Source: Tubiluchus corallicola
Lineage: Eukaryota > Animalia > Priapulida
DNA: 64,000 bases
Assembly: GCA_030141605.1 (NCBI GenBank)
Contig: JAQGDQ010000307.1
Span: forward strand, 1-64,000
Direction of reading: 5' to 3'
Of the stretch, positions 1-14,448 are shown in pieces. Made by a program: the position numbers and the translations under genes. Below the pieces are notes generated by a model, which saw nothing but the letters and a program-made list of their open reading frames with translations, searched no databases and was not told the origin of the DNA. Each line of letters opens with the position of its first letter. Position 1 is the first letter of the stretch.

Positions 1-1568
1 AATTGTTTATATTAATTATTGTTATCACTATTTGCCCAAAGTTTTTTGGATGATACGTGTGCTACGGTTTTTAAGAGTTTTAATTTTTATTTCATGTAAT
101 TCCCATATTCTTTATAAAAACAATATCTTACAATATTACATAGCGGTTATTAGTTGTTTCATATTTATTGTTACCGTGCTTTGTTTACAGATTATGTGGG
201 TATGTGCAGATCGAAGCGACTAAAATAAAAAAATGCAAATTAGCTAGCAATTTGACATTAATATAGAAGAGTTGCTGATAAGGCAATGGTTATTATTATT
301 ATTGTTGAATACACTGATGTTGGGAAAAATTAAGAGAACTTAATGAACTAATTCACCTTATCATCAATGTTCAAATAACTAGAGCCTTTATCTATGCCTA
401 AATGTAGGCCTAAAACTAAAAAAAGAACTCACAAAAACAGTCGTTTGAAAATGAATCTTAAAGCGAATACTGACAAATTGACAATGTAGCTTACAGCTAA
501 CATAAATAAATTTGCCACCTGGCTGCATACGTGGAATTCCAGTTAAATTCTTATAGTAAACTCCTATGTGCATACTGATGTTGTTGTTAGTGGATAACTA
601 CCAGTGAAGTCCCTCTTTTAACTTGTAGTTTACGCCCGATACCTGTAGATCTTGGACAATATGCCTCACAAAGAGGCCAATTTTCTACCAATATTGCCAT
701 ACAAAATCGGCCAGTAGTAAAACAGCAATTTTTTCTGCTTTCAAAGGCAGCGCTGCAGCAAATTCTAATGTCATTGTGCAGGGACACACGGTCTTACGGT
801 GACTCCTGTTCAGATATACCAGTCGATAAGCACTCCAATTTTTCTATAACAGGTTTAGCGTAAAGCAATTCCAGTTAAATTCGATTTTAATATGATCCGT
901 AGTATGGAAAGGGTGAGCGCGTGGGGTTAAAAATTATGATCAATTTATTTTAGATTAATAGGCTAGTATTATTGGGTAATTCGTTTTACTTTAGATTAAC
1001 ACATATTTCGTGGACGCAGGCTCTTTCATAACAATAAGTCTTGCAAATGACTTATAAGCCATTAATATACGCATCAACTGTTATCGACTGTCATTTCCAT
1101 TATTAACATTATTAATTTAGATTTTTTAATTAGGCATAATGTTTATTTAGGCCTGCTAACTTTGAAATTTTTATACAGTTGATTATTTTTTGGCTAACTA
1201 CTTGCGATGAGACTCATGAGAGTCGTGGGATATGCCGTTTGTGCTTATGGGAAACAAATCTAAATTTATTCACGAGCACTGGAAAAGCCCGGAATACCAC
1301 TAGAAATTTTTACATGGGACCCCAAAAACTTAAACCCTTTCACTTTATTCAACTGGTATTATAAATTGTATTTGGGCAACAACTAACCGTGGCGTCCAGT
1401 TATCGCCTACATGCGGCATCATATGTAGAACTTACATCTAACTTGGGAAGGTTCGTAGGTGACAGCAATCCGAAACGGGATTGTAAAGAAATATTGCAAG
1501 GTAATATTGGAACTCAGACCCTAGGGTTCTGTTCCAGGAAAAGCAAAAATGTTTGGTTCCTGTTCATT

Positions 1569-2874
<1,306 letters not shown>

Positions 2875-4901
2875 CACCAGCGTCGTCGTCGAAGGATATC
2901 GCCGCCGTCGTAGTAGTTTACTGATCAAATTGATAACAGTTTACAGCAAGATAACAAATTATTGGGATTGGTCCAACACATAACATGAGCAATGCTTAAG
3001 TCAAAAAACCACAGGTAAAATAAATAAATAAATAAAAATGAAGGAAAAAGTAAAAGGGATGCCCTTTAATATCTTTCAATCAAATCACATGTACGGAAGA
3101 CAACGGTTTACAAAGCATTAAAAAGGTTTCGAAAATAGCGGAACATACTGCATTATAACTTTAAGATTAGATTTTTCATTATTTCATCTTACTCTAATTG
3201 TTAAGCACCTTGTTTCTTAATCGGGGATCTAAATTCTAAGATCTTAGACTTTGTTTTAAAAAAGTCTTGCGTTGCACATAGAATGTGCTGGCATTTTTGG
3301 TGGAATTAACATTTCGTATACGCTTTCAATGTCCATCTTATTTAGTAGTTTCAAAAATCAAAAAGACCTGGAAAAGACATTTTTACGATTGCACACTCGT
3401 TAGACAGGTCACATCTCTCTAGATCAGAAATATTATTGCAACATACAAAAGGTTGAAAATTAGTTAAAAGCTTCTATAGCATCATAATTTTATTACCAAA
3501 AGAGTAGCCAAGGCCCCGGGGAATATACACGAAGTTTTCTCGCAGAGCATCAAATTTCATTTTATGTTAGCATGCTCAATATCAGAATCTAAATTCATGA
3601 AGGGCGGCTCCAAAATAAGAACCTCATACCTAACTACAATTTTGGATTCTTGCTCGCTAAATGATTAAATAATAGATTGTCAAATTCTAAACGGTTCATA
3701 AACTGATGCACAGAGCCTTTTTTCGTTTGGTTTAAATTATGTTGTTCGGTTCGTTATTGTCTGCCCGACATGATCCAGTCTTTCCGCGCGAGTGCGGTTC
3801 TCTTTCTCTCACTCTCACCAGAGCTACTAAACTGTTTCTACGCATTAGAACAAGCCTGGGAGGCGTTAAGCATGTCACATCTACACGGAAAGCCACGACA
3901 GTTGCTAGTTACACAAGTCAAGTTGGAGTTAAAATTTCGCTGTTGATCTGTAGATTAGGCGAAATCGTGTGGTTTCATCAGTTATAATCGTGTGCTTGTG
4001 CTCAAACTGACACATAATTTTGAGTGATTAACTTCGAAATGCAAACTGCAAGTGTTTACGAAAGAAAGTAATTCGCAGAAATTAAAGCATTTTAAAACTC
4101 CTAAAGTTCTTATATAAAAAATTAACAGTTTAATTTTCATATATCGCCTACAAAACATGCGCTATATATGCCTCCGAAGTTCAGGTTGTGAAAAATGGAT
4201 TTGCTTTTCTTGCGTAACTTTTCAAAAATGACTTGAAGATGTGGCATAATAACCAATGACTCATGCCATCGAGAATTTACAAATTCGATTCAGTTGGAGG
4301 ATAAGTCATTTACTTGCACAAATGTGCGTTTTGTACGTGAAATCAGAACAAGTTGAGTCGACTATTTATTAGATTATAGAGAATGTTCAAAAGTTTTAAA
4401 GCCTCAAATGAATTTTTGGTTGAAAAAGTAGCATGCTGTCCTATAAAATTTTGAAAATTGTGGCTGTTTTCATCGAAGAGGAGAAATTCCTGAGTTTATA
4501 AAGGCTAACTTGAAAAGGTATACAGCATGTATGTAACCTCGAAATATCATTTAACAATCAAGAGGTTGCGAACTGAACTACTTTGACGTGAAACTAGTTT
4601 GGAGTGGAGAGCGAGCGTTCGGAAAAAATCTTGTCCGAATCGTCTCACCTGGACGCTCTGTGTTACCCTGTGAGGTGTTGATTAATGGCGAAGATATTTA
4701 GCATGAGGCGCTTGTAAACGCTAATTGTACAGAGGAAAAAATTGCCGTCTCAATTTTTCATTTCTCTGACGGGCAAGAATGATAGAACACGCAGAAAACA
4801 TGCCCGAGAAAACTACAAAAGGCGCGCCGAAATCGTCTGAAATTTGTTGTGAAGGTACGCCTATGAACATGTGTTTTGTTTTATAGAATAGTTGAACACT
4901 G

Positions 4902-5232
4902 CGGCGCATAGTAAAAATGGCAATGGTAGGTAATGATGGTAATATGACACAGGAAAAGGTCACAGGTAAAAAGGGCACAAATGGAAAATAGGAAAAAGTG
5001 GCGCACAATAAGACACGAGCTATTCTGGAGCTTTTCTTTTCAGAGAGTATAGCTCTGAGTTCTAATAATCTTCCAAGCAAAAGCGTTGTATTAGGATTAC
5101 GGTTAAGGCTAGATACATTTTTCTTTGTTTTTCCATTTGTCCCCTTTTTCCTGTGCCCTTTTTTTCTGCACCTTATTTACCATGCGTTATTGCCTATGCC
5201 ATTATTACCTACGCAATTTTTGTCAACAATCA
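4902..5232. mobile_element. Foldback/MITE-like element with inverted arrays of about 15-bp subrepeats
   Basis: Left arm of (caggtaaaaatggca)-like units, right arm of complementary (tgcc/tttttcctg) units, central ggttaagg motif. Confidence 0.6.
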
Positions 5233-5397
5233 AACATTCGTGTGTTAGCATTTTGAAAGCTGTTATACTTACGCTTAAAATCTATAAACACTATTAACAG
5301 GTCCGCGCTTTTTAATTCATTTATTTATAATAGTGATGCCACAGGTCTCCAATATTATTATGATGTATTAGCAATAATAATAAGTGTACGACACGAG

Positions 5398-5398
<1 letters not shown>

Positions 5399-5431
<33 letters not shown>
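5399..5431. repeat. (TG)n microsatellite
   Basis: Directly visible. Confidence 0.95.
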
Positions 5432-5433
<2 letters not shown>

Positions 5434-5636
5434 TATTGTTGCTGTTGCATTGCATCTCAACGTATCTGCTAATAATCTAATCTGTAATAGTTTAAAATTA
5501 CAAATTGCAAGACCCGTTTCTCATTCACTTTGTACTATAATTGTGTCATCGTCCACGTGTATAGTCCATTACAAAAACTGCCTGTCGTCCCAACTACTTT
5601 TCGAACACTATAGAAATAAACTCTTGCAGCCTATAG

Positions 5637-5638
<2 letters not shown>

Positions 5639-5707
<69 letters not shown>
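5639..5707. repeat. (TA)n microsatellite
   Basis: Directly visible. Confidence 0.95.
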
Positions 5708-5711
<4 letters not shown>

Positions 5712-6539
5712 TCTAAACTGCAGTAACTTCATCTAAAAATATTGCCATGTCACTATTATTTGAGTTTACAAGTGGTTTGCAGAAAAACTGATGTGAACTT
5801 ATCACAAGTATATATGTACTGAATATCAGTAGACTTTATTATTGTTCACGTTACTGAGTTAGAAATCTGTATCCTGATATGAGGTTTTCTGCCACGAGTC
5901 CGCGTTTGTGTAATTAACAACAGCTAAATTTCCTCCGCTGTAGACAAAAGACAGAATTGTGATAAATGTTAAACGATGCATGCTACCAGCAGCTTGTTAA
6001 CTGTCAGTGTTAAGAGCGTAAATAACATCGTTAAACTACTTGACACGCGAGTTAAAAAATCATCATCCTCTTTTGACAATAATTAACTTCTCTAATAGTA
6101 GGCTCGACACAGGTATACATGCTAGAATGGAACGTCTTCCGAAAAATGAATCTCATAGACGGTTAAAATATTGACTGTTATGCTTGCAAATTTATAACTA
6201 CAAATCAGAATTGGTTATTCAATATTCTCAGTTTAGGCTTGTTTGTCAAAATTTAAATTTATGTGTACAAAATGCAGTGTTGAAAATACTTGTACTTGAA
6301 ATGAAAATACATGTAACTGAATAGGTCAACTAATATATTATGCATATTATTAACCTATAAAGGGTTCTACTTCCTACGCACAACATCCAACAGTAGAGTT
6401 TACCTAATAGTACTCATGCAAGGACTTTGTAAGTCTTTAAATTCCATTTTTTCGCTATAGTAACAGGTGACGTTATTGTTTGTTATATTATACACATCAA
6501 CATCATATATATACATCGTTGTATATATGGATATATATG

Positions 6540-6642
<103 letters not shown>

Positions 6643-6713
6643 CATTGTTCTATGTCCTAAGTATACAGAGCTCCCGTAATTTTCATTACATATTGCAGTC
6701 TATCATAAATAAC

Positions 6714-7037
6714 TTAAGCGAAAACGGGATGATTTTTCATATCCTACCCCATTTTGAGTACGGTAAAAAGTATACATTGTAACACCTATAATAATGCCAA
6801 GGTACTGCTGATAATTAAGTAACATGTTAAAAATTTAGTCAACGGTCGGCGAGCTCAAGTGCTGTGTCCATCTAAGTAGCGAATGACCAAATCAATGCAA
6901 CTTAGCGCAAACGTGAAGTTAAGCTAATAATTCTTTCACATAAGTCACTCTTAAAAAACGACTATGTTCTTGTTCAACATTTTTTGCATTAGATTACTTT
7001 TTAGCTCTATTTAAAATTCGATCCGGTTTCCCTTTAA
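6714..7037. mobile_element. TTAA-flanked MITE-like element; related partial copy at about 42168-42311
   Basis: TTAA at both ends with an imperfect TIR (aaaacgggat / atccggtttc); about 135 bp shared with 42170-42311 (ggatgatttttcatat..ctaccccatttt..gtatacatt..ctgataattaa). Confidence 0.5.
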
Positions 7038-10000
7038 GAATGTAAAAGTGCAGGTAAATGATTTAGTAAATTGAATTGAATTTTTTCTTCTTGCGAGTAA
7101 TGAACGTTGCTAAGGTACTTAAGTTTCGTGCAGCTAAATTTACAAGCTGAGCAACCATGTTTTAATTAAATGTCAAAACCATGCGGTCACTGCCAAAAAT
7201 TATGGCACTGAATTTTAGATTGCAACTTTTTATTGAGCGGAACGTTGAAAAATTCATGTCCATAAAATAGAAATGTGATCAGTGTGGTATAAATAGCTAT
7301 GCAATTATATGATTGTGTCAGAATAACGTACATTGCCAATGCTACCAGCCAACTCTTCTTGTCATTCCAACTCTTTGATGCACAGCAGGGAGTTCTAGCA
7401 AACCTGATTTTAAGTAAAAAGTTTCACAGTTGAGATTCGCAGGGACATATGGCGCTTCCAAGACTTGGTATTGCAAATTTGTGTTGCAGCAGTATTGGTA
7501 GCTGCACATCGCTACCAGATTCGTTATTTTCAATAAACAGCCTTAAATTACAACTTTTCCGTGCTATTATGTTTTCTCACTAATATATATGTTGTGTAAC
7601 GTTTTTCTTGACCACTTTGCATACGTTAGTAGACATTAGAAATGTTGTATCATTGCACTTGGACAGGGTGCGTGGTGATGGTACTGCTAAACTCTTTCGA
7701 AGGCATCTTTTTTAGATAGCGGATAAGATAAAAGATCTTGAGAATGGCACCTGAATTGAACGATGCTCAGATGTGTATTAGTGGTCTGGAGAGAAAAGAG
7801 CTAGAGGTGGGGTCCAAATTATTAACTCTTTTACACAGTGACAGGTGAAAGATAAAGTGGGAGATAGGAATAAACCTATGTTGTGTCTGATTTGAAAAAA
7901 AAATAGAGAATACAAGTAGAAAGAATGTAGAAAAGATCGGTCACCATGTTTAATCTACTGTATAGCTTGATAGTTGGATAAGTATATCGCACCATTTTTA
8001 TTGGTGACACTATAAATTGAGGTGTTTAAAAACGTACACATGTCTATATACATGAATGCATTCCTATACAAGGGGTTAATCAGTCTTTAAAGGAAAATAA
8101 GACGATTTTTCAGACTTCATTTTGATCTATGGTCTTTATATGCATATTTTAGTAGAGTACCTCCCTAATTCTAATTTTGAGTTTACATCTTTAGAAATAG
8201 CAAAGATTGCTAAACAAATCCTGGCTGATTGCGCGTGTTTTTGTATTAAAACCAATATGATGGACTTAAAATTTATTAAAATATGAACAGAAAAATCTGT
8301 ATGAATTGAACTCCACCGCTAAAGAAATTTGGCATAGGGGATTTGCACACTACATCTCTGTTTGTATTGAAAATTTTTGTAGGTCCTTATACACGATATT
8401 TTTTCTTTGTAACACCTGTATAGCTTCAAATTACCAGAAATTGATAATACTATTTATTGCATCGAATAAAATGTCATAAATTAACTTGAATTGTTGAGCA
8501 AAATTAATTATCCCGTAAACTCCGAGCACTATACTAGCTTGTTACACTATATGTACTGGCTGTAGTGTACTGCAGACCATTTTGCGAAATTCAGTTTGAC
8601 AAAAACCTACGGACAGAAATTCGAGGATAATCTCAACTAGGATATTTACAGCGGATTAACTGAAGCAATCTGTATAGGGCCGAGTTAAGACCGTTTTGTA
8701 GAACCTACAATCCGCGGATTAAAACCCGTGTTTACAATCCATGTAGTTTTCCCCTCCAACAAGCAATGTGACTGTGCAACAAGATATATGTTTTGCCCGA
8801 TAATTGCCTTGCTATGGTGGCCTTACAACTCACAATACCAAACACTGCTTTCATTGATTTTGATCTTATCAGCGGAGTGCCCCGGTGTCCTTAGCTGAGA
8901 AAAACGGGTGCCTTGTCCAACTCACCAGGGTGCGCCCAGGATAAGCACCTTTTGTACGAGAATTTGGGGCGGTTTCCAGCCATTTTGCAGTCGAAGGAGA
9001 ATAACTTTGCATGTTGTGCAGAGGTTGGTGCCTGCAAAAATTTCGCAAATAAATTACTAGATGATATAAAAGTATTGCACTGCTTTTTTCTACCTCGAAT
9101 TATCGGGTCACCATGCAGTATTTAACAGGCCCAGGGTCGTGTGGTACACCGCCTATGAGTTCAAAGTAGCAAGATTCTACACAGCAACGCATCTAGAAAA
9201 AGGGACTTTATTTCTCTAGCAATAACTGATTTTACTATCAATGAACTACCTTTTGGGCATATAAGTTATTTAATTTGTTATTACATAATATACAACCTTA
9301 ATTCCGTAATTAATTCATAACTAATTAGCCAGTAATCTTGAAAATTATATTACAAGTGATCAAGAGATCTTAGATGAACTAACATTAGGAGTATAGCTTC
9401 AAAACTTGAAAATTCAATCAGACATTCAACTTTGAAGGTGTATAGTCGGCAAGCTAGTAGAATTGCCTCAGATTTTGGGGTATTCTTATAACTGGGAGAG
9501 TAAAGTATTCTTCAGGCTTTTGTGTCAGCATAAAATAGGCAGATTCCAAAAAAGGTCATCGTGTCGAGTCGGACTCGGGTTAGTAGTTAGGAGACAACAG
9601 AGGCCATCTCGAGTCTACAATGCTTGGCTCATATTTTGTTGCACTTGTGTGTAAAACTTGATCTGACAGTGACAAACGCCGTGTGTAGTTTAGCCATGCC
9701 CCTAGGACACTGAGACGTGAATCATGCTATATCATTCCAAAGATCAAAAGAAACTTTTAGCAAAGAACATCGCAGAGACACTTGTAAACTGTGCAGATGT
9801 CTTGCGTTACAACAAGCCAATGATAAATCACCGTCTTTGGACGATACGTCATTTCTTCAGCGCAGTGCACTACTACTCAACACGCAAAAATAAAGAAGCA
9901 AAAACTTACCGAAAACATGCAGAAAGATTATTGCAATACGACGTACAGTAATTCGAGAATGTCTCGAGTCTATATAGGCAGCTCCATATTATACAGTATA

Positions 10001-12702
10001 CATTCTCCTACAAAAAGTTACACTAGAATTGGCAATATAGTATTCATATATGATTAAATTTGATATATTATAGACTTATGTGGACTTAATAATAAATTGT
10101 TATAATTTTTTTGCAAAATAATAGCACATTTAAAGTTTAAACCATTAGTTTCTTTAGAGCGGTGATTCGATTATTTAGGGGAGCCTCAATAATTATTACT
10201 TTAAAGTCCATTTAGCATGCACTTGCCCTATAATTTCTGTCTCAAGTGTTTAGAGTAGAAGCGCCGAACAGAGGAGTACTGTTAGGGTCTTTCAACAGGT
10301 GTCACATGATTAACGCGTGGGCGGGGTAGACTCGGAATTAAATTGCAATGAAACTTATATAAAAAACAAGGTAATTGTATCTGGTGCCTGGATGCTCGAT
10401 TTTTTTAGAAGGCCATCTTTTATTATAATTAGGTTTCGGTTAGTTTGTTAAATTTTCTCTGTCTAAATTGGATTTTGCGAAAATATATGTTTAATGCGAG
10501 TTGTTTATGTCGTAGTTCCGCCATTTTGGTTCGACTGTATCATTAATAAGGTTTCCACGGAATTTAATTTACTCACTGATATTAAGTGTTACCAGGCCTG
10601 CTGTGAAACCACGCACGCGTAATACGTTATAATGACAACGTTTTCTTTCACAATTTTGTTGCATAAATTAGAGCTTTTAGTGCGTAACTAAAACTAAATG
10701 GTTTCGCTATATTAAACTAAAACGTAACCAAAACTAAATAGTTTCGCAACATAACATTAAAAAATAATAATAACGCCTTATTTATCATAATAAATAAGTT
10801 ATGTGAAGTAAAACCGCATAATATATCTGTTTGTTATTTGCAAATATTCAACAGTTCACTGACTAAAACTTGTATTAAGTTTCATAACCTGTATAATGAA
10901 GTTTGTATAATGTATAATGAAACTCTGCTAATTTGTTGAGTAAGCTCTATAAACTAACGAGTGAATATTTAACACTTTTATCAAAACTTATTGTTGAAAA
11001 CTGTAAGTTAAGAAAAATGCACTAATATATAATTTGTTCACTCATTTATTGGGGTTGTTTAACGATTAACAGGTTCATTCTAGAGTGAAAATAAATTAAA
11101 TGTTTTGTGAAATTTGTTAAAAATAAATTCATAATAGGTTAACGCAGCAGCCGATGATGATAGATGGTCTAAATAAGATTATAAAATATAAATAAAAGAT
11201 TATTGCCTACATGCAGGATGGGCACAGTGTTCTGAATATCGCAGCAATTAAGCTGTTTGTTCGCCTAATTTTTTCTTATAAACTAGTAATTTGCTATAAT
11301 GTACAAGAAAACTAGAGAAATAAAAACCGAGTTGCAAATTAACGCATTGCAAGGTCAACCAAAGTTTATTTAAAAATGAATTAATTTTTTTTAAAAGCCA
11401 GCTTTTTCTTGGTGAATTTTCATATTACAAGCATTATGATATAAAGTTATCAATCAAACTGTGCATTATTAATAAATTTTTGAAATGTTCTTATGCAGAC
11501 TATTTCATTTTTCTTGTAATTTGAAATAAAAATACCTACACAGCAATAATGTTATTTTTTGTCGACATTTATTGCATAGAAAAAGTGAAGCATATCAATG
11601 TAGTGCAATATATTTGGATAATTATTAATTTGTAAATGAAGTATTTTCAAAAAGTGAACACAATAATAATAGCCATGCAATGTTACGTTAATCATGGCAG
11701 TGATGGATACATTGCATTATTAGTCTATATGTGAAAAGGTTAATACTAACCTTTAAGCGACAACATGTACCACAGAGGTCTATGTACGTAATATGCTTTA
11801 GCTGAATTCTAAACGCAGTAACTTCCAAAATTTTTGGGGAAAAACAACAACTTGCTTATAAATTATAATTTCATTTTATAATTGTAAAAACCGACTGACC
11901 GAATGAAAAATAATTACGATAACCTCAAGATAAAATTTTAATGACTATTGATGTTCGCCTCGCTTTGCACGTGATATAACAAATAAGTCTGGGTCTGTTT
12001 CATTATTGAAGTTTTCATAAATAGAGATTGCAAAATATACGAGTTGCTAAGTTTATGACTGCGTGTAAATGATGTAAATAGGAAAGCCCTGTTAAATTTT
12101 GGAACTAAGACAACATTGGAAAAAAGCGCATCCGAATTGAACAATTGAACCTTGAGTCTTGAATTTTTCGGATACATTCATGCTGCCTTTTTCTATGTAG
12201 TTTGGCAGTGTGCAAAATGAGATTCAACTCAGCAAAAATGGTTTTGACGGGACCAGACTGTCACATTATCAAGAATAATCCTCCACTGACACTAGAGAGG
12301 CGGAGGTGTTTTAGCCATGCATGGGTGTGGACAGAAGACAGATGAAACCTCCCAGAATGAATGTTAAAGTCCAGCGGTCATCCATCCATTTCCTGATTAT
12401 GGACTCGGCGTCGCTTGATTTCAGTTGCAAAAGCCCACATCGTACCAGCTCCGCTGTTTATCTCGAACCCAAGAAACCTAGAATAAAATTACAGTCACGC
12501 TTAAGTTCCTGTGTTTATGGAAATTGTGTTTTCTTACAAAATAATTATTTATCTTCTTATTATAGTGCATTTCGCAATTTGCCTGTAAACTACTTGTGCT
12601 TAAGAACAGCAAAGAAACTTTTAAACCAAAGATGCAAAAATTGGAATTCTTTTTTAAAGAAAAAACTTAAATTTTGCCGGCAAGCAAGTAGTCATTTGGC
12701 CT

Positions 12703-12800
12703 TATTAATAATTGTACGAAATTGACGAGGGGTAATACTGCTTTAAGTAGCTATTAATAATTGTACGAAGTTGACGTGGGGCAATTCTGCTTTAAGTAGC
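12703..12800. repeat. 49-bp tandem duplication (imperfect)
   Basis: tattaataattgtacgaa.ttgacg.ggg.aa.tctgctttaagtagc-like unit, two copies. Confidence 0.85.
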
Positions 12801-13443
12801 GTGTTTTTAAATATTTGTAGGCGTTTTGACTTTTTCTTATGAACACTTGTTTTTCCGAGAACGACTTTATGTTTATGTAGTTAATTACAGTAACACAATC
12901 TGATTTGGTAGACTAACAAATTGGCGATAAGCACTTATAAGAAATTGAAATATAAATTGAAAATGTGCCCGTGGGTGATGCCTCTGATTTTTTCGCATGA
13001 TTTTGTGGTTTTTATGATAATTTAAAGCGATTTTTTCATAATTTAGCATCACTTTTAATGTGTTATTCATTTATTTTGTACGGCACTATTGATACAATTT
13101 TCTTATTGTGGTGAGCGCTTATAAACAATAAACAATTAAACTGCCTCCTTGTGTCACTTGCGTGTAGATCGAATACAGAATGATTACAACCCAAACGAAT
13201 TTGCCAGAAACTATACCGAGTATCTTACTGTCTTGCAAAACTAATTTGTATTTACCTATTTCTTTTTTCGAAAGTGATTTCTTGTCACTTTTAATGTTGA
13301 AACATTTAAATTCTGTAAATTGGCTAGTTCGAACCAGTATGATTTTGTACTGTCTGTGTATGGGTCACTACTGTGTACTGTGTTATTTTTAGTTAAGAGG
13401 GAGCAGATTCATCTCGATCACTAGACGTGAAGCTTATACGAGT

Positions 13444-14448
13444 CGGTGCACAGTAAAAATGTCACAGGTAAAAATGACCCAGGTAAAAACGACACAAGAA
13501 AACTCCCACAGCAAAAAAGAGCTCAAGTAGAAAAATCGGAAAAATGGCACACTTATAAAACATAAGGTTAAGGTTAGGATTACTGTGGTGGTTAATTATT
13601 TTGGTTATTTTCCCTCTACCAAGGAAGTTCTGTTTCAACGCTGTTTGTTTGTTTGGTTGTTTATCGTCTATTATTGCAGTAAACATAATACGCAAAAAGT
13701 AAACAAATTTCCACGAAACGTTGTAGCAAAGGTGGGTAGGAGGTAAAAAAGATTTAATTTGACGCAGATTCTTGGACACGGGGAGTGAGTAAAATCTGTC
13801 AAAATTTGTGATTTTTCGTTTTTTTCACCAAACTTGTTCGAATACCGCATACAAAACACATTTGTGGAGCACGACTTCTCAGAGGGAGTGTTTTTTTGGA
13901 AAGAGGAGGGCTTGGCTACAAGATAGGATACTTGTCTCCTCGAGGACAAAGAGCTACGAATTAATTCTAGATTCCATTTCGAGAAATTCTTGCTTAGAAA
14001 ACTGTGTAACGCTGTCTATAACCTTTGCTTATACATGTATATAGCTTTATAAGCTGAATGAGTATGCAAATACGCATATTTGTTGCCATCGCCAAAGAAA
14101 CGCAGATAAGCACTATACTGAATGTTTGTGCATTCTTGAGTACAATTCTGTTTAATGAACAAAATATTTTGTGAGTTTTCTGCTAGTCTATATAATACTT
14201 ATACAGGTATGTTTTTGTATGTCCGCTTGTTTATCTTTGTTTTATGTTTCTTTCTAGCAAAACAGACGAACATGCTCCTTTTTTGATTTTTCGACTTTGG
14301 CGACGGTCTGTTTCGTACTGAGGGCAGTCTAGTTTTATTATAGAAATTATTCGAATCAGAATAAAACATGTGCCATTTTACCCGTGTCATGTTTACCTTG
14401 CCATTTTTTCCTGTGCCATTTTTACCTGTGCAATTTTCACCTGCATTC
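13444..14448. mobile_element. Second copy of the foldback-like family, interrupted by a nested insertion
   Basis: Starts cggtgcacagtaaaaatg (cf. cggcgcatagtaaaaatg at 4902); contains ggttaaggttagg; right arm tgccatttttacctg at 14370-14448. Confidence 0.6.
13605..14152 (+). mobile_element. Probable non-autonomous Helitron/Helentron (DINE/HINE-like) insertion
   Basis: Start ttattttccctctaccaaggaag followed by a short (gttt)n tract and tttccacgaaa, an architecture resembling HINE-type elements. Confidence 0.4.

Noticed and set aside
9463-9951. Short plus-strand ORFs
   Set aside because: No recognisable domain; consistent with chance or a decayed repeat
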